Assembly: GCA_045642245.1 (NCBI GenBank) | Contig: JAZUIL010000143.1 | Location: forward strand, 1,665 to 65,664 | Direction: 5' to 3' | From: Bacteroidales bacterium | Lineage (GTDB): Bacteria > Bacteroidota > Bacteroidia > Bacteroidales > UBA3663 | DNA: 64,000 nucleotides | Shown: in pieces, positions 9,931 through 19,986 of the stretch | How the letters are laid out: each line of letters opens with the position of its first letter | How positions within the stretch are numbered: position 1 is the stretch's first letter | Made by a program: the position numbers and the translations under genes | The notes under the pieces: model-generated | Seen by the model: only the letters and a program-made list of their open reading frames with translations | The model's database searches: none | Told to the model about the DNA's origin: nothing

Positions 9931-10686
9931 ATGAACGACAGCTTTGATTTCAAACAATTCAGTATCCATCAAGACCGATGCGCAATGAAAGTCGGTACAG
10001 ATGGTGTGTTGTTAGGTAGCTGGGCTGCACTAAACAATCTTCCACAAAACTGCCGTATTCTAGATATTGGAACAGGTACAGGACTTATTGCTCTTATGAT
10101 AGCACAAAGGATTGCAAATCAAGGTAGTCTTGACTTCTTCATCGATGCCATAGATATTGACGCGAATGCTGCTGCACAAGCCAGTGAAAACATTCAACGA
10201 TCACCATGGAGTGATAAAATAAGAGTCATTCATTCATCTTTGCATGACTATGCAAAACACATCTTAGCTCCAGAGACTAAGTATGATTGTATCGTAAGTA
10301 ACCCTCCTTTTTATAATGCTACTCTTAAGCCTGAAGATGAAGCACGTGCTATAGCTCGTCATAAAGACTCACTCCCACTCGATGAGATTACAGACTTCGC
10401 ATGCAAATACCTAAACAATACAGGAACTCTTAACTTGATTTATCCAACCGACTATGACGAAGAAGTGATGACTGCAGCCATTCTTTCAAAACTTCATCCA
10501 ATCAACCTATGTGATGTAATAACAAAAAAAAATAAGCCATGCAAACGTCGCATGGCTACTTGGTGTTTATCTTCACACCCACAAAAAGAAATCAGTCGGG
10601 AAACACTCTATATAAGAAACGAAGAAGGAGAATACACAGAGCAATATCTCAATCTAGTAGAAAACTTTTATCTAAGACTAAAATAA
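9931..10686 (+). CDS. tRNA1(Val) (adenine37-N6)-methyltransferase (YfiC/TrmN6-like SAM methyltransferase)
   Basis: 251 aa with FKQFSIHQDRCAMKVGTDGVLLGSWA, SAM motif ILDIGTGTGLIALMIAQR and catalytic NPPFY. Confidence 0.75.
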   Translation: MNDSFDFKQFSIHQDRCAMKVGTDGVLLGSWAALNNLPQNCRILDIGTGTGLIALMIAQRIANQGSLDFFIDAIDIDANAAAQASENIQRSPWSDKIRVIHSSLHDYAKHILAPETKYDCIVSNPPFYNATLKPEDEARAIARHKDSLPLDEITDFACKYLNNTGTLNLIYPTDYDEEVMTAAILSKLHPINLCDVITKKNKPCKRRMATWCLSSHPQKEISRETLYIRNEEGEYTEQYLNLVENFYLRLK

Positions 10687-10765
10687 AAAAATTCTTTGTA
10701 CAAATTAACAGTCAGAAAACTTTTGACTAATACATCGTTATCAAAAGTATACCACTTACTTCTTA

Positions 10766-11233
10766 TTATAATTCAATCTCCTCTGCGACAACAAACATCT
10801 CCTTGCTATAAGACGGTAATTCTTTTCGCAATATACGCAACATAGAATTAGCCTCTTCAGTAGTGCGATAATCACCTACCATAATTCGCCAGTTTGGTGT
10901 CTTAAAGCTAACATATGTAGAAAGATCAGGCATCTTTGCATTGATCTCATCCTGAATCTTGTATGCTTTATTCTTACTCACACCTTGCTGATTTCCAGAG
11001 AAAACACGAATTCTATATCCTTTAACTTTAGTCTTATTCGCTTTATCCTGCTGTTCAGGATTTGCATAATAAACCTTTGGTGAAGAACCAAGGAGTTCAG
11101 AGAGACGACTATCCTGCAGTATATATACACGACCAGTAGCAACAAGATGATCGCAGATTCCTGTTGATTTCTGAGCATTAGCTATTCCAGAAAGAAAAAG
11201 GGCAAATACTGCCAGGATAATTGTACGTAGCAT
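10766..11233 (-). CDS. SPOR domain-containing secreted protein
   Basis: The ORF is trimmed to Met8, which gives the signal peptide MLRTIILAVFALFLSGIANA. The upstream codons lie in the tpiA terminator T-run. The C-terminal SPOR-like fold reads GYRIRVFSG...NWRIMVGDYRTTEEANSML. Confidence 0.65.
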   Translation of the reverse strand: MLRTIILAVFALFLSGIANAQKSTGICDHLVATGRVYILQDSRLSELLGSSPKVYYANPEQQDKANKTKVKGYRIRVFSGNQQGVSKNKAYKIQDEINAKMPDLSTYVSFKTPNWRIMVGDYRTTEEANSMLRILRKELPSYSKEMFVVAEEIEL

Positions 11234-11240
11234 AAGAATA

Positions 11241-11295
11241 AAATAAAAAATCAAGAATTAGTGAATGAAAGAGTCTTCACATCCACTAATTCTTG
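11241..11295 (-). terminator. Rho-independent terminator after tpiA
   Basis: Perfect 12-bp stem CAAGAATTAGTG / CACTAATTCTTG (11252-11263 / 11284-11295) with extra inner pairs GTGAA/TTCAC. On the minus strand it is followed by TTTTTTATTTT. Confidence 0.75.
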
Positions 11296-11309
11296 ACAAT
11301 ATAAATTGA

Positions 11310-12065
11310 TTACTTCCAAGCCTCAATAATAGGCATGAAGGTATCAACCTTCAAAGCAGCACCGCCGATGAGACCACCGTCGATATCTGGCTGAGCGAAG
11401 AGCTCAGGAGCATTGCTGCCCTTGCAAGAACCACCGTAGAGGATAGAGCAGTTGTCAGCAACCTCAGCATTGTACTTAGCAGCGATAGAAGCACGAATGA
11501 AAGCATGAACCTCCTGAGCCTGCTCGCTGGTAGCGGTAAGACCAGTACCGATAGCCCAAACTGGCTCATAAGCTACTACACACTTTGCAAAGTCCTCTGC
11601 AGAGAGAGTGTACATAGCCTCCATCTGACCCTCGATAACAGCCTTGAAGGTACCGTTCTCACGCTCCTCCTTAACCTCACCTACACAGAAGATTGGAGTC
11701 AAACCATTAGCAAGAGCCTGCTGAAGCTTAGCAACAAGGATCTCGTTGTTCTCGCCATGATACTGACGACGCTCAGAGTGACCAAGAATTACATACTTAG
11801 CACCAGTAGAAGCAACCATGTTAGCAGCAACCTCGCCAGTGTAAGCACCCTTATCGTGAGCCGAGCAATCCTCAGCACCAACACCGATTACAGAACCTTC
11901 AACAGCCTTCACAACAGAAGCAACTGAGATAAATGGAGTACAAACTACTACATCACAATTTACAGTCTTACCAGCAAGAGCCTCCTTAAGACCCTCAGCG
12001 AGAGCTACGCCCTCCTGGAGAGTGGTGTTCATCTTCCAGTTGCCAGCTACAATTTTCTTACGCAT
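11310..12065 (-). CDS. tpiA: Triosephosphate isomerase
   Basis: 251 aa with [21 protein letters not shown] and [11 protein letters not shown] motifs. Confidence 0.95.
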   Translation of the reverse strand: MRKKIVAGNWKMNTTLQEGVALAEGLKEALAGKTVNCDVVVCTPFISVASVVKAVEGSVIGVGAEDCSAHDKGAYTGEVAANMVASTGAKYVILGHSERRQYHGENNEILVAKLQQALANGLTPIFCVGEVKEERENGTFKAVIEGQMEAMYTLSAEDFAKCVVAYEPVWAIGTGLTATSEQAQEVHAFIRASIAAKYNAEVADNCSILYGGSCKGSNAPELFAQPDIDGGLIGGAALKVDTFMPIIEAWK

Positions 12066-13356
12066 TTTTGGATTGTTTATTAGTTATTATTTTGATGAAT
12101 TTTGGAATCTCAAAGCACAAAGATAGTGGCATTGGGCCAAATAGCAAAATCAGGAGTGCTAAAAAACGTTTATTATAGTCGATTTCATGGATTTCGCCAT
12201 AACTTTGCTTATCTAACTTGTCAGTTATTATCGAATTAACATCGAGAGACGCAAGGTTTTCCTTCCAGCAAAGTACACCATCATGAAGAAGCATAACTCC
12301 TGGATTAGCACGTGTGATTGTCTCCACAATCTGCATGTCTGTAAACAGGAATTCATATTCAGCGCCCGTATTATTCTTCCACTCGTCAAGTTGAGCACTA
12401 TTACGAGAAGTAAGACAATAAAAAGGATATTGATTGTCTTGTGCATACTCATATAACTGTTCTATTCGGTCAATATCGTGTTGACTGGCATCTCCAAGCG
12501 ATGGAGAAAGAAGCAATATTGTATACCCAGGTGCATTTAACAGTTGTTCTGTAAATAATTCACCATCCTCTGTACGAGCAAAAAAATCAAGCATTGGAGT
12601 CTTTTCCTGGTTCTCCTCTCCCTCGGTCTGTCCTCCTATTTCAAGAGTTTCCACAAACTCCCATCCATCAGCTTCATCAGGCAAGGAGTCAAGCTCAAAT
12701 TGTTTTACTTCATCACCCCGTTTATAAACACAAACATAGGTAACTTCATTATTCGAGTCAGTGACATTATCTGTCGTACCAAGTACACCTTCTGACATAT
12801 TAATGCCTGGTAAGAAAGGGCGGAAATCGATCCAAGGATCTCGCATTGTCCCAAGCCAGCATAGCCAAAGAACAACCCCAAGACACCAATAAGCATAAAA
12901 AGTATAATTGGTCTTACCAATCAGAGAATATAGATCTTTATATCTCCAGAAAAAAAGACCAAGAATAATATCAAGGACTACATTCTTCCAAAAAGTCTCC
13001 CAGTTTGTCAAATGAATGGCATCTCCAAAACATCCACAGTCCTGAATAGCATTAGTACATGCCAGCCACAAGGTCAATGGTGTAAATATGATCATCATGC
13101 AAACCGCAAAGAAGAGTGTCACTTTCAATGCTCTGCCCATCAAAAGATTAAATCCAACGAAAAACTCCATGATACTTAGAGTCCAAGATAATCCCATCGT
13201 AAAACCCACGAAAGAATCAAGGCCAAAGTATAACAAATATTCATTGAATTTGAGCGATGTACCAGTGGGATCAATACATTTGGCGACACCACTGAAGATG
13301 AAGACAAACGCAAAGAGTACCTGCAGGACACGGATCAAAATTTTCATGATTCGCAT
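12058..13356 (-). CDS. DoxX/MauE-like membrane protein with a C-terminal soluble (thioredoxin-like?) domain
   Basis: 432 aa. The N-terminal half has 4-6 TM helices and a CGCFG motif. The C-terminal half is hydrophilic. It overlaps tpiA by 8 nt and DUF1599 by 13 nt. Confidence 0.5.
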   Translation of the reverse strand: MRIMKILIRVLQVLFAFVFIFSGVAKCIDPTGTSLKFNEYLLYFGLDSFVGFTMGLSWTLSIMEFFVGFNLLMGRALKVTLFFAVCMMIIFTPLTLWLACTNAIQDCGCFGDAIHLTNWETFWKNVVLDIILGLFFWRYKDLYSLIGKTNYTFYAYWCLGVVLWLCWLGTMRDPWIDFRPFLPGINMSEGVLGTTDNVTDSNNEVTYVCVYKRGDEVKQFELDSLPDEADGWEFVETLEIGGQTEGEENQEKTPMLDFFARTEDGELFTEQLLNAPGYTILLLSPSLGDASQHDIDRIEQLYEYAQDNQYPFYCLTSRNSAQLDEWKNNTGAEYEFLFTDMQIVETITRANPGVMLLHDGVLCWKENLASLDVNSIITDKLDKQSYGEIHEIDYNKRFLALLILLFGPMPLSLCFEIPKFIKIITNKQSKNA

Positions 13357-13883
13357 ACTAATTTAATCAACGCAAATAGCGAATAGTTGACCATATCCAT
13401 ATAATTAGCATCAATACCCTCACTGATCAAAGTCTTGCCTTCATGATCTTCAATCTGTTTGGTACGTTGAATCTTCATTAAGATCAAATCAACATAACTA
13501 CTCACCCGCATAAGACGCCATGCTTCATCATAGTCATGATTCTTCGCTTCAAGCAAGGTCAGTGTCTTTTTCATATACTCATCGTAAAGACTAACGACCT
13601 TCTCAGGAGTCATATCAACATCATCGGCATGGCCATATTGCAACTGAATAAGACCCATGATGCCATAATTGACAATGCCAATAAATTCTGGCTGAATACC
13701 CTCTCCTACTTTACTCTCTCCTTTTATCTGAAGCGATCGGATTCGGTTTGCTTTGATGAAAATCTGATCTGTGATAGATTCTGGACGCATGATACGCCAA
13801 GAAGCACCATAATCAAATGTCTTCTTCGTAAAAATATCACGACATAACGTGGTAACGGTCTTCAATTCTTCTTGTGTAGTCAT
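13344..13883 (-). CDS. DUF1599 (Nmad1-like) domain protein
   Basis: Contains two repeats of the DUF1599 pattern (...DYGASWRIMRPESITDQIFIKANRIRSL... and ...DYDEAWRLMRVSSYVDLILMKIQRTKQI...). The start is trimmed to Met8 at 13883. Confidence 0.6.
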   Translation of the reverse strand: MTTQEELKTVTTLCRDIFTKKTFDYGASWRIMRPESITDQIFIKANRIRSLQIKGESKVGEGIQPEFIGIVNYGIMGLIQLQYGHADDVDMTPEKVVSLYDEYMKKTLTLLEAKNHDYDEAWRLMRVSSYVDLILMKIQRTKQIEDHEGKTLISEGIDANYMDMVNYSLFALIKLVCES

Positions 13884-13884
13884 A

Positions 13885-14517
13885 TTAATGCATATATTTA
13901 CCAATCAACGACTTAGCCTTATCTATTGATTCAGTACTTTTTGAGTTAATACCATATGTCGTTGTATTTGGAAGATAAATCTTCATGTCTGCCTGGACTT
14001 TTTCTGGAGAAGCAAAAAGATGTTTATTAACGTCTATAATATATGGCCAAAAATAAAAACTTCCAAAGTATTCTTGAGATATTTGAGACAATGATTCTCC
14101 CTTTTGAACAATATGAAAAAGAGGCTCTCCATCATTATTCAACATAATTTGATCCATAGACAAACCATTAGGAAGAGAATAAGACTCTTCCAAGTTCAAT
14201 TCAGGTACAACTTTGCGCTCAATAGAATTCATAAAAATCGCATCATCAACTTGAATTGTTTCATTTGAAACATTATCTTCAATCTGAGTTTTGATATCAT
14301 TAGAAGACGCGACAGAATTAGTAAAAACAAATTCTTCTCCTAATTTGTCTTGTGTCAGTTCTAACGATGGCACAACATCAGCAGATATCTTATCAGCTTT
14401 GTTTACATCATCATCTAATAGATTAATTTCATCACTCTTATTCGATTTAATTACACTGCCACCACAGATGATAGCCCCAGTTAAGAGCCCCCAAAGTCCA
14501 AAAATTAAAATATCCAT
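13885..14517 (-). CDS. Membrane-anchored protein with a C-terminal LysM-like domain
   Basis: 210 aa with an N-terminal TM helix (MDILIFGLWGLLTGAIICGG). The C-terminus HIVQKGESLSQISQEYFGSFYFWPYIIDVNKHLFASPEKVQADMKIYLP is LysM-like and paralogous to the C-terminus of the next gene. Confidence 0.55.
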   Translation of the reverse strand: MDILIFGLWGLLTGAIICGGSVIKSNKSDEINLLDDDVNKADKISADVVPSLELTQDKLGEEFVFTNSVASSNDIKTQIEDNVSNETIQVDDAIFMNSIERKVVPELNLEESYSLPNGLSMDQIMLNNDGEPLFHIVQKGESLSQISQEYFGSFYFWPYIIDVNKHLFASPEKVQADMKIYLPNTTTYGINSKSTESIDKAKSLIGKYMH

Positions 14518-14528
14518 ATATATAAACT

Positions 14529-16061
14529 TTATTTTAGCAATTGCGCACCACGGCTCTTTGCTTTCTGAAGCGATTTCTCATCCTTAGCATCAATACCATA
14601 ATAAGAAGGATCTGGCAAATAGAGAGTCATCCCTGCTTGTACTAGATTAGGAGCTTTCAACTTATCAGAATTAGCATCGAATATATAAGGCCAGAATGCT
14701 TTATCTCCAAAGTGTTCCAAAGCAACCAGAGTCAGACGTTCTCCCGGTTTCAGCGTGACAGTCACTGGGTTACCATCCGGACCGGCCATACGATGATAAT
14801 CCTTATTAGCAGAGTTATTCGAAACAGGATCCGAAGATTTACTATCTTTTACAATAGAATCAACCTTTTTATCTATCTTAAGAACATCATTCTTTTCCTC
14901 CTTAGTAGTATTCTCTATTCTATCCGACTTAGATTCTTCAGCATTAGCGATCTCTGCGTTATCAGAATCTTCATTAATAGTTTCCAAGTCTTCACTTGTG
15001 ATCAATGAATCATTCAAAGAGACTTCTTCTTTATTTAAATTATCCCGTTCAAATGGATCTGTATTATAATTAACCACTACAGCTTCCTGAGGTTCTGATC
15101 CTTCCCAAATTCCTGAAGAATCACCAAACATCAACCATACAACAAATCCACAAGCAGCAAGAATAACCACTAAAGATATATAAAGAGACCAATTAGTAGA
15201 CGATTTTTCCTTCTTACTCTTATGAGAATTTTCAAAGTCCTCAACCTTTTGGTTCATGGTACTTACCGTTTCATCTTTAGTCACTACTCTATCTACGCCT
15301 ACCTCTCTATACTCCGGCTCAGCGTTTTTCTTTTCCTCTTCAGGGAAAGTATGTTGAGATTCTTCGACAATAACATTCTCTTTTTTTAACTCATCCTCTT
15401 CCTCCTTTTCAATTATAACTTCAAATGAGTCTTTTTCATCAGAAGCAGAAGAAGGCTGAAGTTCATTTTTTGACACAACAGGAGTATCCTCAGAAATCAT
15501 CTCTTGAGCGCCATTATCATGTATTTTTCCAGGAGCAGTTCCCTCGCTAATGACCACTGGTTCAAAACAGCTAAATGGAGCATTAACAAGTTCTTTCATC
15601 TGATCTGAAGGAATATAAGAAACATGACGCATCTCAGAATGGTGGGTCATAATATTCTGGAACCATCCAATACCAGGCACCTCAATCTCTTCCCCAGACA
15701 TCAAGTGATCATTAATTGCAGACACAAAAGCATTAACAAAAGAATTTGCTTGTATTTCAGGGACACTTGCATATTGTGCTAAAAGGACAGAAATAGAAGT
15801 AGCATCATCTACCACGTCACAAGTCATTCTATAAGAGATTCGTGGAGGATAGAGTGTCATAGCTCCCGTAGCTTGGTTTTCTTGGATATACTCAGGATGT
15901 TTATGAGAGGTAAACATTCCAAGTCCAGGCAAGACAACGGGTATCTGATCCACAGCAGCCTTGGCCATAATCTTCTGCATACTTCCCATCAAAGAAAGAC
16001 ACAAAGGCATATCCAAGTGGCACGCTTTTTGCACTTCTATCAAAAATTCCTTATTTGTCAT
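14529..16061 (-). CDS. HU-like (HU-CCDC81-type, two copies) / TM / LysM-like envelope protein
   Basis: 510 aa with two N-terminal HU/IHF-like modules (...VVLPGLGMFTSHK..., ...EEIEVPGIGWFQN...), an acidic linker, a TM helix (NWSLYISLVVILAACGFVVWLMF) and the C-terminal segment VTLKPGERLTLVALEHFGDKAFWPYIFDANSDKLKAPNLVQAGMTLYLP. Confidence 0.6.
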   Translation of the reverse strand: MTNKEFLIEVQKACHLDMPLCLSLMGSMQKIMAKAAVDQIPVVLPGLGMFTSHKHPEYIQENQATGAMTLYPPRISYRMTCDVVDDATSISVLLAQYASVPEIQANSFVNAFVSAINDHLMSGEEIEVPGIGWFQNIMTHHSEMRHVSYIPSDQMKELVNAPFSCFEPVVISEGTAPGKIHDNGAQEMISEDTPVVSKNELQPSSASDEKDSFEVIIEKEEEDELKKENVIVEESQHTFPEEEKKNAEPEYREVGVDRVVTKDETVSTMNQKVEDFENSHKSKKEKSSTNWSLYISLVVILAACGFVVWLMFGDSSGIWEGSEPQEAVVVNYNTDPFERDNLNKEEVSLNDSLITSEDLETINEDSDNAEIANAEESKSDRIENTTKEEKNDVLKIDKKVDSIVKDSKSSDPVSNNSANKDYHRMAGPDGNPVTVTLKPGERLTLVALEHFGDKAFWPYIFDANSDKLKAPNLVQAGMTLYLPDPSYYGIDAKDEKSLQKAKSRGAQLLK

Positions 16062-16081
16062 AGCTGATCGTTATTATTGCG

Positions 16082-16089
16082 CAAAAATA
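16082..16089 (-). promoter_or_regulatory. -7 promoter box TATTTTTG for the HU/LysM - DUF1599 - DoxX - tpiA unit
   Basis: The plus strand reads CAAAAATA, so the minus strand reads TATTTTTG, about 20 nt upstream of the ATG at 16061. Confidence 0.5.
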
Positions 16090-16174
16090 GTAATAATTTT
16101 GCTAAGTTGTGTCAAATTGAGGACAGAATAGTAAAATTTTAGGCGTTTTTTGCCTAAAAATAAATATTAATGCC

Positions 16175-16182
16175 TATTTTTG
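16175..16182 (+). promoter_or_regulatory. -7 promoter box TATTTTTG for clpC
   Basis: TATTTTTG overlaps the ORF-track start at 16180, which supports the ATG at 16231 as the true start. Confidence 0.55.
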
Positions 16183-16230
16183 CAGACATTTTGGCAAATA
16201 AGGTATTGCGAAGCAAACAAAAGGATACGA

Positions 16231-18864
16231 ATGGATTTCAGATTTAACCAGCAATTGTTAGAAATTTTTGAATTCAGCCAAACAGAGGCTGAACGCTTTC
16301 ATAGTCCTCTTATCAAACCAGAGCACTTTATGCTCGCTATTCTCAAACTCGGTCAAGGACGTGCCATAGAAGCTCTCGAAAAGTTATGTGTTGACCTTGA
16401 GTCTTTACGCAACCGACTTGAGCAGACTATGTACGATACTACCAGCGATAACTGGGATAATGTCCCTAATCACGACGGAGGTGCTACAGACACTGCCGAC
16501 GATGCCACACAGCATATGACTCGCGAGAGCGATCGCACGCTGAAACTATCTCGTCTTGAGGCACGCATGATGAAGAACGAACAAGTTTTTCCAGAGCATT
16601 TGATTCTGGCCATGCTCAAAGATGAGCACTCTGTGGTCAGCAAGATTCTTATGCAGTTCAATGTCGACTATAGTTCTTATTATAAACAAGTTGCAGAACT
16701 TGAAAACATTGCTCCAAGCGATCAGAATAATATTCGTGCTCACAGTCTTTACGACAAAACAGAAAAGACCAATGAAGAGAATCCTTCGGACTTTTCCGCT
16801 GACACATATACTGATAGTTATTCAGAAAGTGAACAAGAAGACGAGGAAGAAGATTCAGAAACCCCACAATCAAATGGAGCGACACAGACACGACAGCGTA
16901 CTCAGCAGACGAATTCTGGTACACCAGCCTTAGACCGTTTCGGATTTGACCTTACTCAAGCTGCTCGTGAAGGCAAACTCGACCCAGTCGTTGGTCGCCA
17001 GGATGAGATTGAGCGAGTAACTCAGATTCTAAGTCGTCGAAAGAAGAATAATCCTATCTTGATCGGAGAACCGGGTGTAGGAAAAAGCGCTATCGTAGAA
17101 GGCCTTGCACAGCGTATTGTAGAGAAGAAAGTCAGTTGGCTTCTCCTTGACAAACGAGTCATCTCTCTTGACATGGCTGGTCTTGTTGCTGGCACCAAAT
17201 ATCGGGGTCAGTTTGAGGAGAGACTCAAAGCTGTTATCAACGAGCTGCAACAACACCAGGACATTATATTATATATAGATGAGATACACACTATGGTAGG
17301 AGCTGGCAATGCACAAGGATCAATGGATGCTGCCAATATGCTCAAACCTGCGCTTTCTCGTGGAGAAATCCAGTGTATCGGATCAACAACCATTGACGAG
17401 TACCGTAAGACGATTGAGAAAGACGGAGCTCTCGAACGTCGTTTCCAGAAAGTCATGGTAGAGCCTACCTCTGCAACAGACACACTCGAGATCCTTCGCA
17501 ACATCCGAGATCGTTACGAAGAGCATCACAATGTTCGTTTTACCGACGATGCACTTGAGGCTTGTGTAACCCTTACCGATCGTTATGTGACAGACCGAAA
17601 TTTCCCAGACAAGGCCATTGATGCACTTGACGAGGCCGGTTCTCGCATGCATCTTTTCAGTGCTAATACACCAGATAACTTTGCCGAGATAGAAGCTCAA
17701 ATTGCGGATGCAAAAAAGCGCAAGGATGACGCTATCATCGCACAGCAGTTTGAAGAAGCTGCTACTTGTCGTGATCTGCAAAGGAACCTTGAACACCAAC
17801 TTAAGGAACAGCGTGACGAATGGAACGAAAAGCAGAAGAATAATCGTCCTGAAGTTAACGCAGAAACAATTGCTGAATGTGTTGCTAAGATTACCGGCAT
17901 CCCAGTACAGAAAGTTGCTTCGAGCGAAGGTCAAAAACTCCTCGCTATGAAGGGAATTCTACAGAACAGTGTTATCGGTCAGAATAAGGCGATTGAGAAG
18001 GTCGTACGTGCTATTCAGCGCAATCGCATCGGACTCAAAGACCCTCAGAAACCTATCGGGACCTTCCTTTTCCTTGGTCCTACCGGTGTAGGTAAAACCT
18101 ATCTGGCAAAGCGACTAGCTGAAGAGATGTTCAGTGCTAAAGACTCACTTATTCGTATCGATATGAGCGAATATATGGAGAAATATAGCGTGAGCCGACT
18201 CATCGGTGCACCTCCGGGTTATGTAGGTTACGATGAGGGAGGCCAACTCACAGAGCAAGTTCGTCGTCATCCTTATTCTGTAGTCTTGTTCGATGAGATT
18301 GAGAAAGCTCATCCAGACACATTCAATCTCATGCTCCAGATCTTCGACGAAGGTCATCTCACAGATTCCCTCGGCCGAAAGGTATCATTCAAGAATACCA
18401 TTATCATTCTTACGAGCAATATTGGCAGTCGTCAACTCAAGGATTTTGGTAGTGGCATCGGCTTTGCAGCACGCTCTAATGAACAGGAGAATGAACTTGC
18501 TCGTGGTGTAATTACCAAAGCCCTGCAAAAGACCTTCTCTCCTGAGTTCCTCAATCGAATTGATGATATCATCCATTTCGACCAGCTTGATAAAGAGGCA
18601 ATACGTCAGATCGTTGATCTAGAGTTGGATAGCGTCATCAAACGAATATCTTCGCTTGGATGCCAGATTAGTATTTCCGAAGCAGCTAAAGAATTCCTTG
18701 GGCAGAAGGGTTACGACAAACAATATGGTGCACGTCCTTTGAAACGCGCTGTACAACAATACGTAGAAGACCTTCTTTGCGAAGAACTTCTCGCTCATCA
18801 GGGAGAAGAGAATTTAGTTTTCACTATCGACGTTGAAGGCGATACAACAATCGTAAAAAAATGA
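16231..18864 (+). CDS. clpC: ATP-dependent Clp protease ATP-binding subunit, ClpC-type AAA+ chaperone
   Basis: Two Clp_N repeats, two AAA+ modules ([28 protein letters not shown]) and a UVR-like segment ([13 protein letters not shown]). An acidic/Gln-rich linker sits after the N-domain. Confidence 0.9.
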   Translation: MDFRFNQQLLEIFEFSQTEAERFHSPLIKPEHFMLAILKLGQGRAIEALEKLCVDLESLRNRLEQTMYDTTSDNWDNVPNHDGGATDTADDATQHMTRESDRTLKLSRLEARMMKNEQVFPEHLILAMLKDEHSVVSKILMQFNVDYSSYYKQVAELENIAPSDQNNIRAHSLYDKTEKTNEENPSDFSADTYTDSYSESEQEDEEEDSETPQSNGATQTRQRTQQTNSGTPALDRFGFDLTQAAREGKLDPVVGRQDEIERVTQILSRRKKNNPILIGEPGVGKSAIVEGLAQRIVEKKVSWLLLDKRVISLDMAGLVAGTKYRGQFEERLKAVINELQQHQDIILYIDEIHTMVGAGNAQGSMDAANMLKPALSRGEIQCIGSTTIDEYRKTIEKDGALERRFQKVMVEPTSATDTLEILRNIRDRYEEHHNVRFTDDALEACVTLTDRYVTDRNFPDKAIDALDEAGSRMHLFSANTPDNFAEIEAQIADAKKRKDDAIIAQQFEEAATCRDLQRNLEHQLKEQRDEWNEKQKNNRPEVNAETIAECVAKITGIPVQKVASSEGQKLLAMKGILQNSVIGQNKAIEKVVRAIQRNRIGLKDPQKPIGTFLFLGPTGVGKTYLAKRLAEEMFSAKDSLIRIDMSEYMEKYSVSRLIGAPPGYVGYDEGGQLTEQVRRHPYSVVLFDEIEKAHPDTFNLMLQIFDEGHLTDSLGRKVSFKNTIIILTSNIGSRQLKDFGSGIGFAARSNEQENELARGVITKALQKTFSPEFLNRIDDIIHFDQLDKEAIRQIVDLELDSVIKRISSLGCQISISEAAKEFLGQKGYDKQYGARPLKRAVQQYVEDLLCEELLAHQGEENLVFTIDVEGDTTIVKK

Positions 18865-19985
18865 AGAAACTCTTATTTATCGATCGAGATGGCACTCTAG
18901 TCGTGGAGCCACCTGTGACAGAACAGATTGACAGTTTCGAGCAAGTCGAATTTCTTCCTCGTGTCATTCAGAACCTTTCATTCATCCGCCATACACTTGA
19001 CTTTGACTTCATCATTGTCTCAAACCAAGACGGACTAGGTACCGATGCGAATCCACGTGATCGTTTTGAAAAAATCAACGATCTCATCCTTCGCGTCTTC
19101 CATACAGAAGGTGTTGATTTTGAGGATCAATATTATGACGAACATTACCCAGAGGATAATCATCCTAATCGCAAGCCTGGAACTGGTATGCTCAAGAAGT
19201 TTATTGAGGGAAATGGTACTGAATACGATCTAGCAAATTCATTCGTTATTGGAGACCGGATCTCAGACGTCGAATTAGCAAAGAATCTGGGATGTAAGGC
19301 AATTCTTCTTGACCCTCAGGGTAACTATTCTTCAAAAAACACTTCTGATCAGTCTCTTAGAATTGTAAAATCTTGGGATGATATCGCTGCATATCTCTTC
19401 GCAGGAGAACGTACCGCTTCGGTCCGCCGTACAACTAAAGAGACAGACATCGATATCCAGCTCGATCTCGACGGTACTGGCAAGACAGATATCAATACAG
19501 GTCTTGGATTCTTTGATCACATGCTCGAACAAATCGGCAAACACTCAGGCATGGACCTCTCAATTCATGTTAAAGGCGATCTGAATGTTGACGAGCATCA
19601 CACCATCGAAGACACAGGTATAGCATTAGGAGAATGTATCGCAAAGGCGTTGGGTAACAAGCGAGGCATAGGTCGTTATGGTTTCTGTTTGCCTATGGAT
19701 GATTGTCTCTGTCAGGTGGCACTTGATTTCGGAGGTCGTCCTTGGCTTGTTTGGGACGCTCAGTTCAACCGTGAATACGTCGGTGATATGCCAACCGAAA
19801 TGTTCTTGCACTTCTTTAAGTCTTTCTCAGACAGTGCCAAGATCAACCTGAACATTAAGGCGGAAGGCGACAATGAGCACCACAAGATTGAGGGTATATT
19901 TAAGGCCCTCGCTCGTTCACTTCAGATGGCTATCCGTCGTGATATCCATCACTTCCAGTTACCATCATCAAAAGGCGTCCTGTAA
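18861..19985 (+). CDS. hisB: Bifunctional histidinol-phosphatase / imidazoleglycerol-phosphate dehydratase
   Basis: 374 aa. The HAD phosphatase half has LFIDRDGTL and SNQDG. The IGPD half has [12 protein letters not shown] and [14 protein letters not shown]. The ATG overlaps the clpC stop (ATGA). Confidence 0.9.
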   Translation: MKKLLFIDRDGTLVVEPPVTEQIDSFEQVEFLPRVIQNLSFIRHTLDFDFIIVSNQDGLGTDANPRDRFEKINDLILRVFHTEGVDFEDQYYDEHYPEDNHPNRKPGTGMLKKFIEGNGTEYDLANSFVIGDRISDVELAKNLGCKAILLDPQGNYSSKNTSDQSLRIVKSWDDIAAYLFAGERTASVRRTTKETDIDIQLDLDGTGKTDINTGLGFFDHMLEQIGKHSGMDLSIHVKGDLNVDEHHTIEDTGIALGECIAKALGNKRGIGRYGFCLPMDDCLCQVALDFGGRPWLVWDAQFNREYVGDMPTEMFLHFFKSFSDSAKINLNIKAEGDNEHHKIEGIFKALARSLQMAIRRDIHHFQLPSSKGVL

Positions 19986-19986
19986 T

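Noticed and set aside
17383-17934. 183-aa minus-strand ORF within clpC
   Set aside because: It is antisense to a well-supported AAA+ gene and has no recognisable motifs. It is a shadow ORF.
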